From NCBI GenBank assembly GCA_963703285.1, contig OY969807.1:992001-1056000 (forward strand): 64,000 nt of DNA. The letters run 5' to 3'. The notes beneath the pieces are model-generated. The model did no database searches, was not told the DNA's origin, and saw only the letters and a list, made by a program, of their open reading frames with translations. This document shows, piece after piece, positions 50,926 through 60,203 of this stretch. A program made the position numbers and the translations under genes. Source of the DNA: an uncultured Nitrososphaerota archaeon. Its GTDB lineage: Archaea; Thermoproteota; Nitrososphaeria; Nitrososphaerales; Gagatemarchaeaceae. The number at the start of each line of letters is the position of its first letter. Position 1 is the stretch's first letter.

Positions 50926-52398
50926 ATGGAAGTCCCCTCCAAGATGTACATCGACGGAAGCTGGGTCGATTCCGAGAGTGCCGAGACCATGATGGTGCTG
51001 AATCCGGCCAATCAGGAGGTTCTCGCGAACGTCCCGAAGGGGGGACGGGATGACGCACTGAGCGCCATCGACGCGGCCGCAGGGGCGATGAAGACGGCCG
51101 AGTCGATGACCGCCTTCGAGAGGTCGAAGATCCTTCTGAGGGTCGCCAACCTACTGGAGCAGAACGCGGAGGAGATGGCTACCCTCATCTCGAAGAACGT
51201 CGGCAAACCAATCGCCGACTCCGAGGCGGAGACCTCGAGGGGAATACTCACGCTGACGTTCGCCTCCGAGGAGGCGAAGAGGATCTACGGACAGACGATA
51301 CCGCTCGACTCCCACCCGTTCCCGCCTGGGAACCAGAACAGGCTGGGCTTCACCATTCGCGAACCGATCGGCGTCGTTGGTGCCATCTCGCCGTTTAACT
51401 TCCCGCTCAACCTGCTGCTGCACAAGGTGGCACCCGCGATAGCTGCAGGGAACACCGTGGTGGTCAAGCCGCCGAGCGACGGCCCTCTCCCGGGGCTGAT
51501 GGTGGCTAAGCTCTTCGAGGATGCGGGTCTCCCTCCGGGCGTACTCAACGTCGTCCTCGGACCGGGTGGCGAGGTGGGGGACGAGATAGTCACAAGCCGG
51601 AAGGTGGGCGCCATCAGCTTCACCGGCGAGACGGAGACGGGAAGGGAGATTGCGGAGAAGGCTGCCCGCACCAACAAGAAGGTCATCCTCGAACTCGGGG
51701 GGCACAATCCGCTGATCGTCCTAGACGACGCCAAGGTGGTGAACGCCGTCAGCTCGGCTCTTGCAGGAACGTTCGGCTACGCAGGTCAGGTCTGCACTGC
51801 GACGAGGAGGATAATCCTGAGCGAGAGGGTCAAGGAGAGGTTCATGGCCCAGTTCGAGCAGGCGGTAGGGACGCTGAGGGTCGGAGACCCACTGGACCGG
51901 ACCACGAACGTCGGGCCCGTGATAAACGTCCGGAGCCTCGAGAAGATTGACGGTCTCGTCAGGGAGGCGGCCGAGAAGGGCGCGAAGGTCAGGATGGGAG
52001 GCTCGCGAATCAACTACGGGGAGCTCGCGCGGGGCAACTACTACTCGCCCACGATACTAGAGGGAGTCATCGGGAGTATGGGAATCGCCCAGAAGGAGGT
52101 CTTCGGGCCGGTGTCGGCGATCATGGAAGCCTCGAGCGACGACGCGGCCGTCGAGCTGGCAAACGACACAATCTACGGGCTGCAGGCTTCCATCTACACC
52201 TCAGACCTTGCCAGGGGAATCAGGCTCGCCAAGAGGGTGAAGGCGGGCGCGGTCCTAATCAACGACAGGACCAACCTGCGATGGGACAACGCCCCGTTCG
52301 GCGGCGTAAAGATGAGCGGCATGGGCCGGGAGGGCGTCAACCTCGCGATAGGTGAGCTGACCGAGCTGAAGTTCGTAGTCGCAAACATCGCGGAGTAG
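50926..52398 (+). CDS. aldehyde dehydrogenase
   Basis: PFNFP, FTGE, LELGG, GQVC, EVFGP, PFGGVKMSG. Confidence 0.95.
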   Translation: MEVPSKMYIDGSWVDSESAETMMVLNPANQEVLANVPKGGRDDALSAIDAAAGAMKTAESMTAFERSKILLRVANLLEQNAEEMATLISKNVGKPIADSEAETSRGILTLTFASEEAKRIYGQTIPLDSHPFPPGNQNRLGFTIREPIGVVGAISPFNFPLNLLLHKVAPAIAAGNTVVVKPPSDGPLPGLMVAKLFEDAGLPPGVLNVVLGPGGEVGDEIVTSRKVGAISFTGETETGREIAEKAARTNKKVILELGGHNPLIVLDDAKVVNAVSSALAGTFGYAGQVCTATRRIILSERVKERFMAQFEQAVGTLRVGDPLDRTTNVGPVINVRSLEKIDGLVREAAEKGAKVRMGGSRINYGELARGNYYSPTILEGVIGSMGIAQKEVFGPVSAIMEASSDDAAVELANDTIYGLQASIYTSDLARGIRLAKRVKAGAVLINDRTNLRWDNAPFGGVKMSGMGREGVNLAIGELTELKFVVANIAE

Positions 52399-52694
52399 CG
52401 CTCGCGAACCTTTTCCGAAGTCGGTTCGGATGAGCTCGAGCTGATTCTGGGAGCCCACCCTCCTGACTCTGACGTAGCCGGGCTGCTGCCCCAGACGCCT
52501 GGTCTGCCTCCATGCCGTCGTCCTTGGGACGCCGAACGGAACATGGAACAGTCGTTCCAGAGGGGTCGAGCGAGCTACTTCGCCAGTTGTTGAATCATCC
52601 ATTGTTCAGGGACCCTCCTGGGTCCCGAGGCCCGCATCAGGGGGATGGAAGAGCGCAATGAGACCACAGACTGTCTCCCTTTAATAGTCCTTGG

Positions 52695-52976
52695 ATGATT
52701 CGAGACAAGAAAATGACAAACGAGAAACAGGACGAGGAGACCAGGATTAATTTCTACAACAACAAAACGGTGGCGAAGTTCGTCAAGGCGGAGGGTGTTC
52801 CGAAGACCAAACTCGCGTTCAAGAGAATGGTGGCTTCAGGAAGTTCCGAGAATCTAGACAGCAAGAAGGGCACAGCCCTGATTGCGTGCCTTGGAAACGT
52901 CATGTTCACCAAACATCCTCAGCAGATAAACGTGATGGACAAGGTATCTGGGAAGAACATCGCGACCTTCGCCTAA
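52695..52976 (+). CDS. small basic hypothetical protein
   Basis: TTTAATA box upstream; plausible protein; A-rich sequence. Confidence 0.55.
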   Translation: MIRDKKMTNEKQDEETRINFYNNKTVAKFVKAEGVPKTKLAFKRMVASGSSENLDSKKGTALIACLGNVMFTKHPQQINVMDKVSGKNIATFA

Positions 52977-53185
52977 TAGAAGGTCTGGCCTAGCGCCATC
53001 CCACGCGATTGACTTCACCTGGGATCCTGACAGTCTAGAATCTCTAGTGGGCAGATTGCCAGAGACCTATGATGTTTCCCTCGCTGTCCTTTGCTTTGAG
53101 GGCTTTCCATAGATTAAGGACTCTTGACTCCAAATGCGCTTTTCTTGAGCGCGAGAGAGATATGCCGCGAGCCCGAGGATGGCTC

Positions 53186-53584
53186 GTGGAGTCGGATCTT
53201 CATCATTCGATGAAGAGAATCGTTCGGGCGGAGCTTGAGCTGGAAAGGTATGTCGTACTCGAGGAGCCCCTGACCCCTCCCACACGAAGAGTGTCGTGGA
53301 GGGCCTACAGGCCGGACCTTGTTGGCCTCCGCTCTGACATCTAACGAGAGGAGCTGGTCGTCGTCGAGTGCGAGACGCATCCCTGCACGAGCAGGTTCGT
53401 CTCCAAGAACTACTCCACCCTCTGGTTCGAGCCGTCCATGTTTCGTGACGGGTCAATACGACGAATCCTGGCGGTCCCCAGAGGAACTCTGAACAGGGTG
53501 GATCTGAACCTCCGTCGCCTTTGGGAGATCTGGTTGATCGGCTCGACGCGGACGGTCCAGAGAATCCCGGCCTTGGCATCGTAG
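53186..53584 (+). pseudogene. PD-(D/E)XK-like protein with in-frame TAA at 53342-53344
   Basis: ESDLHHSMK...YRPDLVGLRSDI*REELVVVECET; the frame stays open to TAG 53582-53584. Confidence 0.55.
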
Positions 53585-54000
53585 CTTCCGTAGATGTCGC
53601 ACCATTTTCCTCTTGTTTTAGTTAAACCATATGGATGAAGCATAAGAACTATGGCTGTCATGCTAGACAACGCAGTCAGGATCCGGGGATGCAAAGCCTC
53701 CCGGATGAGGGGAGAGAGGATGAGGGCCGAAGAGGGCGATCGTTCTGGCTCTTGAGGTTCCTAGCGACCTGCTGGCTACCGGCCCCGTTAGGTCGCCCGA
53801 AGCTGGCCCGACTCCCCCAGACATTCCTGTACGGTCCGTCGGCCATCGACGGAAACCTGGCAAACCTCACCCCCGGGACTGTGCGGAATCGAGGATTACG
53901 GGACAGTTTCCCTGTCTGAAGGTGGACGGCCCAGTACGAGAAGGCTTGACGGCGCGTTGCAGAATGGAATTATAGTGAAGATTCACACCCTCGTGACGTA

Positions 54001-54543
54001 GTGATTCCCAGACACTTCTTCTTGACCAACGGTGTCGGAAGGCACAAGGAGCGGCTCCAATCGTTCGAGTTAGCGCTCAGGGATGCAGGAATCCAGCACT
54101 GCAATCTCGTCGGCGTCTCGAGCATAATCCCAGCCGGGTGCAAGCTGATTCCGAGGGAGAAGGGCAGGAAGATGCTCACGCCGGGCGAGATCACATTCGT
54201 CGTCCTGGCGCGGAACGAGACGAACGAGCCCCACCGCCTGATTGTCTCCTCGGTCGGTCTGGCCATTCCCTCGAAGAAAGGCCAGTATGGTTACATCTCC
54301 GAGCACCACACCTTCGGGCAGACTGAGGAGTCCGCGGGAGACTACGTCGAGGACCTCGCTGCGACAATGCTCGCGACAACGATGGGCATCGAGTTCAACC
54401 CCGAGACGGCCTGGCACGAGAGGGAGCAGCTGTTCAAGTCGAGCGGGATGATTATCAAGACCACCCACATAACGCAGTCCGCCGCTGGCGACAAGAACGG
54501 TCTCTGGACCTCGACGGTCGCGGCCGCGGTCTTCGTACCCTGA
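54001..54543 (+). CDS. pdaD: pyruvoyl-dependent arginine decarboxylase
   Basis: [22 protein letters not shown] (Ser-Ser cleavage site) and YGYISEH. Confidence 0.92.
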   Translation: MIPRHFFLTNGVGRHKERLQSFELALRDAGIQHCNLVGVSSIIPAGCKLIPREKGRKMLTPGEITFVVLARNETNEPHRLIVSSVGLAIPSKKGQYGYISEHHTFGQTEESAGDYVEDLAATMLATTMGIEFNPETAWHEREQLFKSSGMIIKTTHITQSAAGDKNGLWTSTVAAAVFVP

Positions 54544-54575
54544 TCTAGCAAAAAATAGTGTGGGACCGAGTAGGC

Positions 54576-55238
54576 CTAACCCTGAACCGTGCCGGTCAGG
54601 AGGACCAGATACTCGGTGGATCCCGATTGTATGTCCAGCGACAACGTTGCTGTGTTGCCGACGAAGCTGCCCCTGGCCGTTCCCTGCAGGATGAACGCGC
54701 CGGAGGTTGTTGTTGTTCCTTGTCCGGAGATGGATGACGCGGATGGGCTCATCTGGCCCGAGCCGGATGAGATGGTCGATGTCGTGCTGCCGACCACGAC
54801 GCCCCCTGATATGGAGAGGGTGTAGGCCTCGGTGAGGTTGCCGGTCACCGTGAACGTCAGCGAACCGGAAGCCGTTCCGTTCTCGCTGCGATTCCCGACG
54901 ACGAAGTACTGGCCGCTCGTGCTGGTGAAGGTGATCTTCGTCCCTACGGAGACGTCAGCTCTGGTCTGGAAGTTCCCGAAGCCTGGGCCTCCCTGTCCCA
55001 TGCCGCCTCCCTGAGAAGGAGGAAAGCCCATGCCGCCGGGTCCTTGGCCCACACAGTTGCCGATGCCCGAGATGCCCGAGCTAGAGCTCGAGGACGCTGT
55101 GGTCGATGTCGAGGACGTGGAGGTCGATGTCTGCGCTGTCGCTGCCAGGATGGATGGAGATGCGAGAAGGATTGCGATGATGCCTATGGCCGATGCTGTG
55201 ACAATCGCTGTTTTCGCGAACTTGGTTGTCATGTTCAA
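54576..55238 (-). CDS. secreted Ser/Gly/Thr-rich hypothetical protein
   Basis: Signal peptide, low-complexity linker, beta-rich C-terminal domain. Confidence 0.65.
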   Translation of the reverse strand: MNMTTKFAKTAIVTASAIGIIAILLASPSILAATAQTSTSTSSTSTTASSSSSSGISGIGNCVGQGPGGMGFPPSQGGGMGQGGPGFGNFQTRADVSVGTKITFTSTSGQYFVVGNRSENGTASGSLTFTVTGNLTEAYTLSISGGVVVGSTTSTISSGSGQMSPSASSISGQGTTTTSGAFILQGTARGSFVGNTATLSLDIQSGSTEYLVLLTGTVQG

Positions 55239-55464
55239 GGTCGATGTGAAGGCTGCAGGTATTTACATGAATTCCTGAATCGTTCCATAATTGGTAGCTA
55301 ATCGATGCAAGAAGACCCCAGGATGAGCACGGAGGCATGCCCCTGCCGCGACCCCCGCGCATCGAGGAACGCTCTACGAGAAGCGCTGTGGGGAGTCGCG
55401 AGGGAGTCATACCAAAGAGATATTGCCCCCGGGTCGCCAGAGTGGCCGAGAGAAAATCGGCAAG

Positions 55465-57345
55465 ATGAAACCTCGCAAGAATGCCAAACCAAAAACCTCA
55501 GCTAAAGCTCCATCAACGGCAAGGGGCTTGGTTGCGACAACGAAGATGGGTCTCGGGGGAATCCGCGACAGTCCCGACCCGAGGGACCATTCGTATGTGC
55601 CTCCCGCCGACGTCCTGAGGAACCTTCCCCCGAAGTTAGACCTCAGGAAGCAGTTCCCTCCGGTCTACAACCAGGGTCAGATCAACAGCTGCCACGATTC
55701 GGAGACCGAAGTCCTGACAGACACTGGCTTCAAACTCTTCTCGGAGCTGAGTGGTTCGGAGTTACTCGCCACTGTCAATCCGAGTAACTCTGAGCTATCG
55801 TTCGAAAGGCCATCTAGATTGCTGAAGTTACGATACAAAGGGCCCATGGTCTGCGCTGAAAACTGGAGCCTGAATTTCAAGGTCACGCCGGAACACAAGA
55901 TGTTGGTTAGGAAGTGGGACGAGGCGAGGCGCAGACTCTCGAGTGAGTATACGCTCGTCGAAGCCGAGAGTCTCGGCTGGTACTGCGGGTTGATGAACCG
56001 CGTAATCTGGCGAGGCGACGCGGGGTCGTCCGAAAATTTCACCTTGCCAGGAGTGCTCCACAAGCACAAACCCCAGAGGGAGCCACTGACGGTGTCCATG
56101 GGCTCCTGGCTAAGGTTCCTTGGAATCTACCTCGCCGAAGGGACGATTTTGGAAGAAGAAGGTCAATACAAGATTCAGTTGGCGGCGAGCAAGATGAGGG
56201 AGAAGGAGTTCATACGGCAGGTCCTTTCAGACATCGGGCAGCACTACCTTGAGCTCGAGGATCGGTTCACATTCTCGAACCGTCGACTGTACGAGACTAT
56301 GGAAGGGCTCGGCCTGAGAGGGGTGCACGCCCCCAAGAAGTTCGTCCCGGATTTCGTATTCCACCAGAGTGCGCAGAACATCAAGGAGTTACTCCGTGGC
56401 CATTGGATGGGAGATGGGGGTGGAGACGATAACCGGCGAGCGCATTACACGTCTTCGACAAGACTCGCAGATGACCTCCAGCGCCTAGTATTCCTCTCTG
56501 GAAATGCAACGTCATGGACCTCAAGAGCTCAACAAGTGTCGGTGATGACCGACGGCAGGGTGATAGAGCCCGGGTATGACATGCAACGAGTTTCAGTGAG
56601 GGAGCAGAAGAACCTCTCAATCGTCAGAAAAGAGCAGATATTCACTGATGACTACGACGGCTATGTCTACTGCGCTGAGGTCCCCCGATTCCACACCCTC
56701 GTGACGCGTCGGCGCGGAAAGATACTCATTTCAGGAAACTGTACGGCAAACGCCATCGCGGCTGCGATGGAGTTCGACGCCATTAGCCAGGGCGTTAAGG
56801 AGGTCTTCACCCCCTCACGCCTTTTCGTCTACTACAACGAACGGGTCATGACGAACACTCAGGGCCAGGACTCCGGGGGACAAATCAGAGACGGGATAAA
56901 GAGCATAGCGAAGCAGGGAGACTGCCCCGAGGTCCACTGGCCCTACCTGGCCAAGATGGTGACCCAGGAACCTGCCAAGGGGTGCTACACCCGCGCCAAG
57001 AGTTTCACTGCGCTCGAGTACCAGAGGATGGGGCACAACCTCGACCACATGAAGGCCTGCCTCGCGTCGGGGTATCCGTTCGTCTTCGGCTTCGTCGTCT
57101 ACTCCAGCTTCGAAGGCAGCGCCGTCAAGCAGAGCGGGCACCTCGGCTTGCCGAAGAAGGGGGAGAAGATGGTCGGTCTCCACGCCGTTGTCGCGTGCGG
57201 GTACGACGACGCCAAGCGCTGGTTCATCGTAAGGAATTCGTGGGGAAGGCAATGGGGTCTGGAAGGCTACTTCACGATGCCCTACGAGTACCTTCTGGAT
57301 CCGAAGTTATCGCACGACTTCTGGACCATCCGCGTCGTCAGGTGA
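55465..57345 (+). CDS. papain-like C1A cysteine protease (xylellain-like) containing an intein
   Basis: PDPRDH, LPPKLDLR, NQGQINS[intein]CTANA, SRLFVYYNER, GLHAVVACGY, IVRNSWG, GYFTMPY. Confidence 0.92.
   Translation: MKPRKNAKPKTSAKAPSTARGLVATTKMGLGGIRDSPDPRDHSYVPPADVLRNLPPKLDLRKQFPPVYNQGQINSCHDSETEVLTDTGFKLFSELSGSELLATVNPSNSELSFERPSRLLKLRYKGPMVCAENWSLNFKVTPEHKMLVRKWDEARRRLSSEYTLVEAESLGWYCGLMNRVIWRGDAGSSENFTLPGVLHKHKPQREPLTVSMGSWLRFLGIYLAEGTILEEEGQYKIQLAASKMREKEFIRQVLSDIGQHYLELEDRFTFSNRRLYETMEGLGLRGVHAPKKFVPDFVFHQSAQNIKELLRGHWMGDGGGDDNRRAHYTSSTRLADDLQRLVFLSGNATSWTSRAQQVSVMTDGRVIEPGYDMQRVSVREQKNLSIVRKEQIFTDDYDGYVYCAEVPRFHTLVTRRRGKILISGNCTANAIAAAMEFDAISQGVKEVFTPSRLFVYYNERVMTNTQGQDSGGQIRDGIKSIAKQGDCPEVHWPYLAKMVTQEPAKGCYTRAKSFTALEYQRMGHNLDHMKACLASGYPFVFGFVVYSSFEGSAVKQSGHLGLPKKGEKMVGLHAVVACGYDDAKRWFIVRNSWGRQWGLEGYFTMPYEYLLDPKLSHDFWTIRVVR
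55690..56739 (+). mobile_element. 350-aa intein with LAGLIDADG homing endonuclease in the C1 protease
   Basis: Block A CHDSETEVLT, block B VTPEHK, endonuclease motifs FLGIYLAEG and LLRGHWMGDG, block F VYCAEV, block G ISGN/C. Confidence 0.93.
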
Positions 57346-57741
57346 ACGGCGCACACGAGGAACTAGTTCGGGGGAAACCCACCCTCTTGAGGAGAGAGGC
57401 GAATAGTGGGTCAGACCGAAGGCTGTCGAACCATCGCTCGACCTTGAGAGAGGACAGATACGGCGAGTGTTCCTCGAAACCCCTCTCGAGCCAGCTGAGC
57501 GCCCTTTCGCTCTCCCCGATGCAGGCGCACATCCCGGCTATCGCCACCGGAGGTACGTGACCCGCCCTCGCGGCTTCCTCCGTCTGAGCAAGGAGCCTCC
57601 GAGCGTGCTTAGGGCAGGGCCTTCGTTGCTCTGGGTCATCGCCGTGTAGCCCACGATGTCACTGAACATGACCGCGGCGAGCCTCCTCCTCGAACCGGAG
57701 TTCGGCGAAGAACCCGTGAGGTCCCGGTCGTCGACGGTCAT
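57338..57741 (-). pseudogene. internally deleted adenylate/guanylate cyclase-TPR gene
   Basis: N-terminal RRLAAVMFSDIVGYT is joined out of frame at ~57601 to C-terminal ALSWLERGFEE...FDSLRSDPLFASLLKRVG. Confidence 0.7.
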
Positions 57742-57939
57742 GTAGCAGAACGCAGGAACCTGCGCCGTGATTCAAGCCTGATGAAGAGTCCAGCGATTCT
57801 CCGCGTGCGTCCCCGGGGTGCTCTCGGTAGTCCCCCTTGGGTCGTCGCTGCCTCCGACGGATGCGCTGTTAGAACACGGGAAGCGGACCTCGCGAGCCTT
57901 TTAGACCTCACCGACCCAATCTTTGACGGCGTAACCAAG

Positions 57940-58398
57940 ATGTCGACCAACGAAAATCCTTACGGGGCGTTCAACTTCACGGTCTCGATCAGCGGAGTCC
58001 CCGCCGCAGATTTTGCAGAGTGCGTCCTCCCGGCCGTCTCCATAGATGCCATAGAGTACAGGCAGGGCTCGGACTCCGAAGAGAGCGTCCACAAGCTACC
58101 CGGCCTTGTTAGGTATGGTCACCTTGTCCTTAAGAGGGGCATCGCGAGTTCGGCAGGCTCTCTTGCCCTCTGGGACTGGTTCTCAGGATTCGTCCAGGGC
58201 AATGGGACGCTGGCAACGATGACGGTCACCCTTCTCGATCGTGCGAGGGTACCGGTCTTCCAGTGGGCATTCACGAACGCGTGGCCCGTGAAGTACGAGA
58301 CGCCGGTTCTGAACGGGAAGACAAGCACGCTTGCCATTGAGACCCTGGAGGTCTCGGTGGAGGGAATGAAGTTCACGGCCCTCGGCCAGGGCCCCTAG
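57940..58398 (+). CDS. T4 gp19-like / eCIS-type contractile tail tube protein
   Basis: NPYGAFNF, IEYRQG...HKLPG, LVLKRG, LWDW, WAFTNAWPVKY, AIETLE. Confidence 0.9.
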   Translation: MSTNENPYGAFNFTVSISGVPAADFAECVLPAVSIDAIEYRQGSDSEESVHKLPGLVRYGHLVLKRGIASSAGSLALWDWFSGFVQGNGTLATMTVTLLDRARVPVFQWAFTNAWPVKYETPVLNGKTSTLAIETLEVSVEGMKFTALGQGP

Positions 58399-58475
58399 CG
58401 AAGGGAACCGACACGGACCCTGGAGCCTCAGCCGGTCCCGTCCCGGGTCAGGGAAGGCCGAGGGTCATCCTGGAC

Positions 58476-58811
58476 GTGCTGCTGGAGAGAGGGTCGTTCC
58501 TGTTCGTCCTGAAGAACATCGGGGACGAGCCGGCGCTCAAAGTAGCCACGAAGATCGGGGGAAAGATCCTCGGGCCGGACGGGAAGATCGTAATCAACGA
58601 TCTGAACATATTCAGGGGGATAGGGTTCTTCGCGCCGGGGAGGGAGTTCAGGGTCCTGGTCGGCCCATCGGCGACCTACTTCGCCACCAACCAGCCGATG
58701 ACCTTCACCGCGGTGATTTCCTACTCGGACGAGAGCCTAGCGACGTACAGCGAGACCATCACGCACGACATGGCGATATACAAGGACCTCCCGCAGATGC
58801 TCGACCCCTGA
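58476..58811 (+). CDS. hypothetical beta-sandwich protein co-transcribed with the tail tube gene
   Basis: LKNIGDEPA...FFAPG...ISYSD. The frame is open further upstream, so the true start is uncertain. Confidence 0.65.
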   Translation: MLLERGSFLFVLKNIGDEPALKVATKIGGKILGPDGKIVINDLNIFRGIGFFAPGREFRVLVGPSATYFATNQPMTFTAVISYSDESLATYSETITHDMAIYKDLPQMLDP

Positions 58812-58854
58812 GGCCCGGACAAGACCAGAGCGCGCCCGGCTAGAGACCCGCCCT

Positions 58855-59427
58855 TCAGCGGGGAGGCAGGCCGCCTTCCAGTCGGACCGTGGGATGGGCG
58901 AGGTTTCTGCGAATCAGCGCCTGAACGTCAAGCGCATCTTTGATCATCTTCAGCTCAAAGCGCCGACCGTCGTTGGCTTCGACGATGATAAGTGACCTTC
59001 CCACAATCCTCATTCCGAGCGTCCGGATCAGCCTCGCGTCGGAGAAGGCCATGGGGGAGAGGAAGGTACCCGTGAGGTTTGCTATGCCCCTGTTCAAGTA
59101 CAGACCATCCCCGCGGAGCTCGTACGAGTTCTCCAGCCTGACTATGAGGAGCCGAAGAACCTTGATGACATAGGCCACGCTTATGACCACCGCAGTGACT
59201 ATCTCGAACAGGAAGGGGATTCTGACTGAACCCAGACTCGCGGTGCCCCTGAGGAACGATGCGCCCGAGACGTCGTAGCCCAACCAGAGCTCGATCCCTA
59301 TGAACAGCGCGACGGCAACGGCGGCCAAGATGCCGTAGAGCGCCACGTAGGGACCTATACTGGGCCTGCCCCGCCAGACAACGCCCTCGTCTTTGCTAGA
59401 TGGTTGTGAGTTGGATGTCGTGGTCAC
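58855..59427 (-). CDS. membrane protein with bacterial PH-like domain
   Basis: VVWRGRPS, two TMs, then YEL...LYLNRGI. Confidence 0.65.
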   Translation of the reverse strand: MTTTSNSQPSSKDEGVVWRGRPSIGPYVALYGILAAVAVALFIGIELWLGYDVSGASFLRGTASLGSVRIPFLFEIVTAVVISVAYVIKVLRLLIVRLENSYELRGDGLYLNRGIANLTGTFLSPMAFSDARLIRTLGMRIVGRSLIIVEANDGRRFELKMIKDALDVQALIRRNLAHPTVRLEGGLPPR

Positions 59428-59568
59428 TGATGCACTCTGCCGCACCTTATAAACTCTGAAGGAATCTTCTGTCGCGTCGGACGCACGCACGGAAGAAAGG
59501 TACCCTCGTGGAGAAGGCCCCTTGTGTCAGATCCCATCTGATGGGACTGACGACGGCATGTGACGGTC

Positions 59569-60147
59569 TTACTCCTTCGCCGACGGACCCCTGACGCCCT
59601 CCTGAGAGCCATGGTCTGACTCGCCAGAGGCGCCTGACTCCCTCCTTCGGAGAAAGGACAGGAACTCCGAGTAGCTCTTCGATTTGATCCTGCTTGAAAC
59701 TATGGCCGTAGATAGGTCCGCGGTCAGGGGTTCGAGCTTCCGCAGGACCTCCTCCCGGAGAGTCTGAATGTCCCTGTCCAGGACGACGAGGAAGTACTCG
59801 TCGGAACCCAGGGTCGAGTACGCCTCGATTACGCGGGGCTCCCTCCTGATGTAGTCGTAGAGTTTCGCCACGTCTTCGTCGCCTAGGGCCGTCATCGTCC
59901 CGACGAAGGCAAGCGCGTTGACTCCGATGGCAGCCCAGTCTATCTCGGCGGTGATCCTGACGGCTCCAACCTCCTTAAGGTGATCCAGATGCTTAGCAAC
60001 CGTCCTCTGGTCGACGCCAAGCCGCCCCGCTAGCTGACGGTAGGTGAGGCTGCCGTCCTCGGCCAGCAACTCCATCAGCTGCAGGTCCAGCACTCCCGGG
60101 TTTGATGGCGCAACAGCTCGTCTCTCCTTTCTGTCATCTGATAGCAT
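59569..60147 (-). CDS. Lrp/AsnC-family transcriptional regulator
   Basis: LDLQLMELLAEDGSLTYRQLAGRLGV and the EAYSTLGSDEY RAM-like domain. Confidence 0.88.
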   Translation of the reverse strand: MLSDDRKERRAVAPSNPGVLDLQLMELLAEDGSLTYRQLAGRLGVDQRTVAKHLDHLKEVGAVRITAEIDWAAIGVNALAFVGTMTALGDEDVAKLYDYIRREPRVIEAYSTLGSDEYFLVVLDRDIQTLREEVLRKLEPLTADLSTAIVSSRIKSKSYSEFLSFLRRRESGASGESDHGSQEGVRGPSAKE

Positions 60148-60203
60148 TATCCTACGACCGTCATGCCACTAGGATACAAGAACAATTAAGTCTTCGCTCG
60201 TGA

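Noticed and set aside
52255-52602. Minus-strand ORF downstream of the ALDH gene
   Set aside because: It overlaps the ALDH 3' end by ~140 nt and has no recognisable motif; not supportable.
55690-56739. Class 3 intein assignment because of the block F Cys
   Set aside because: It starts with Cys1 and lacks the block B Trp and block G Thr of the WCT triad, so class 1 is more likely.
57940-58811. Provirus
   Set aside because: No capsid, terminase, portal, integrase or att sites nearby.
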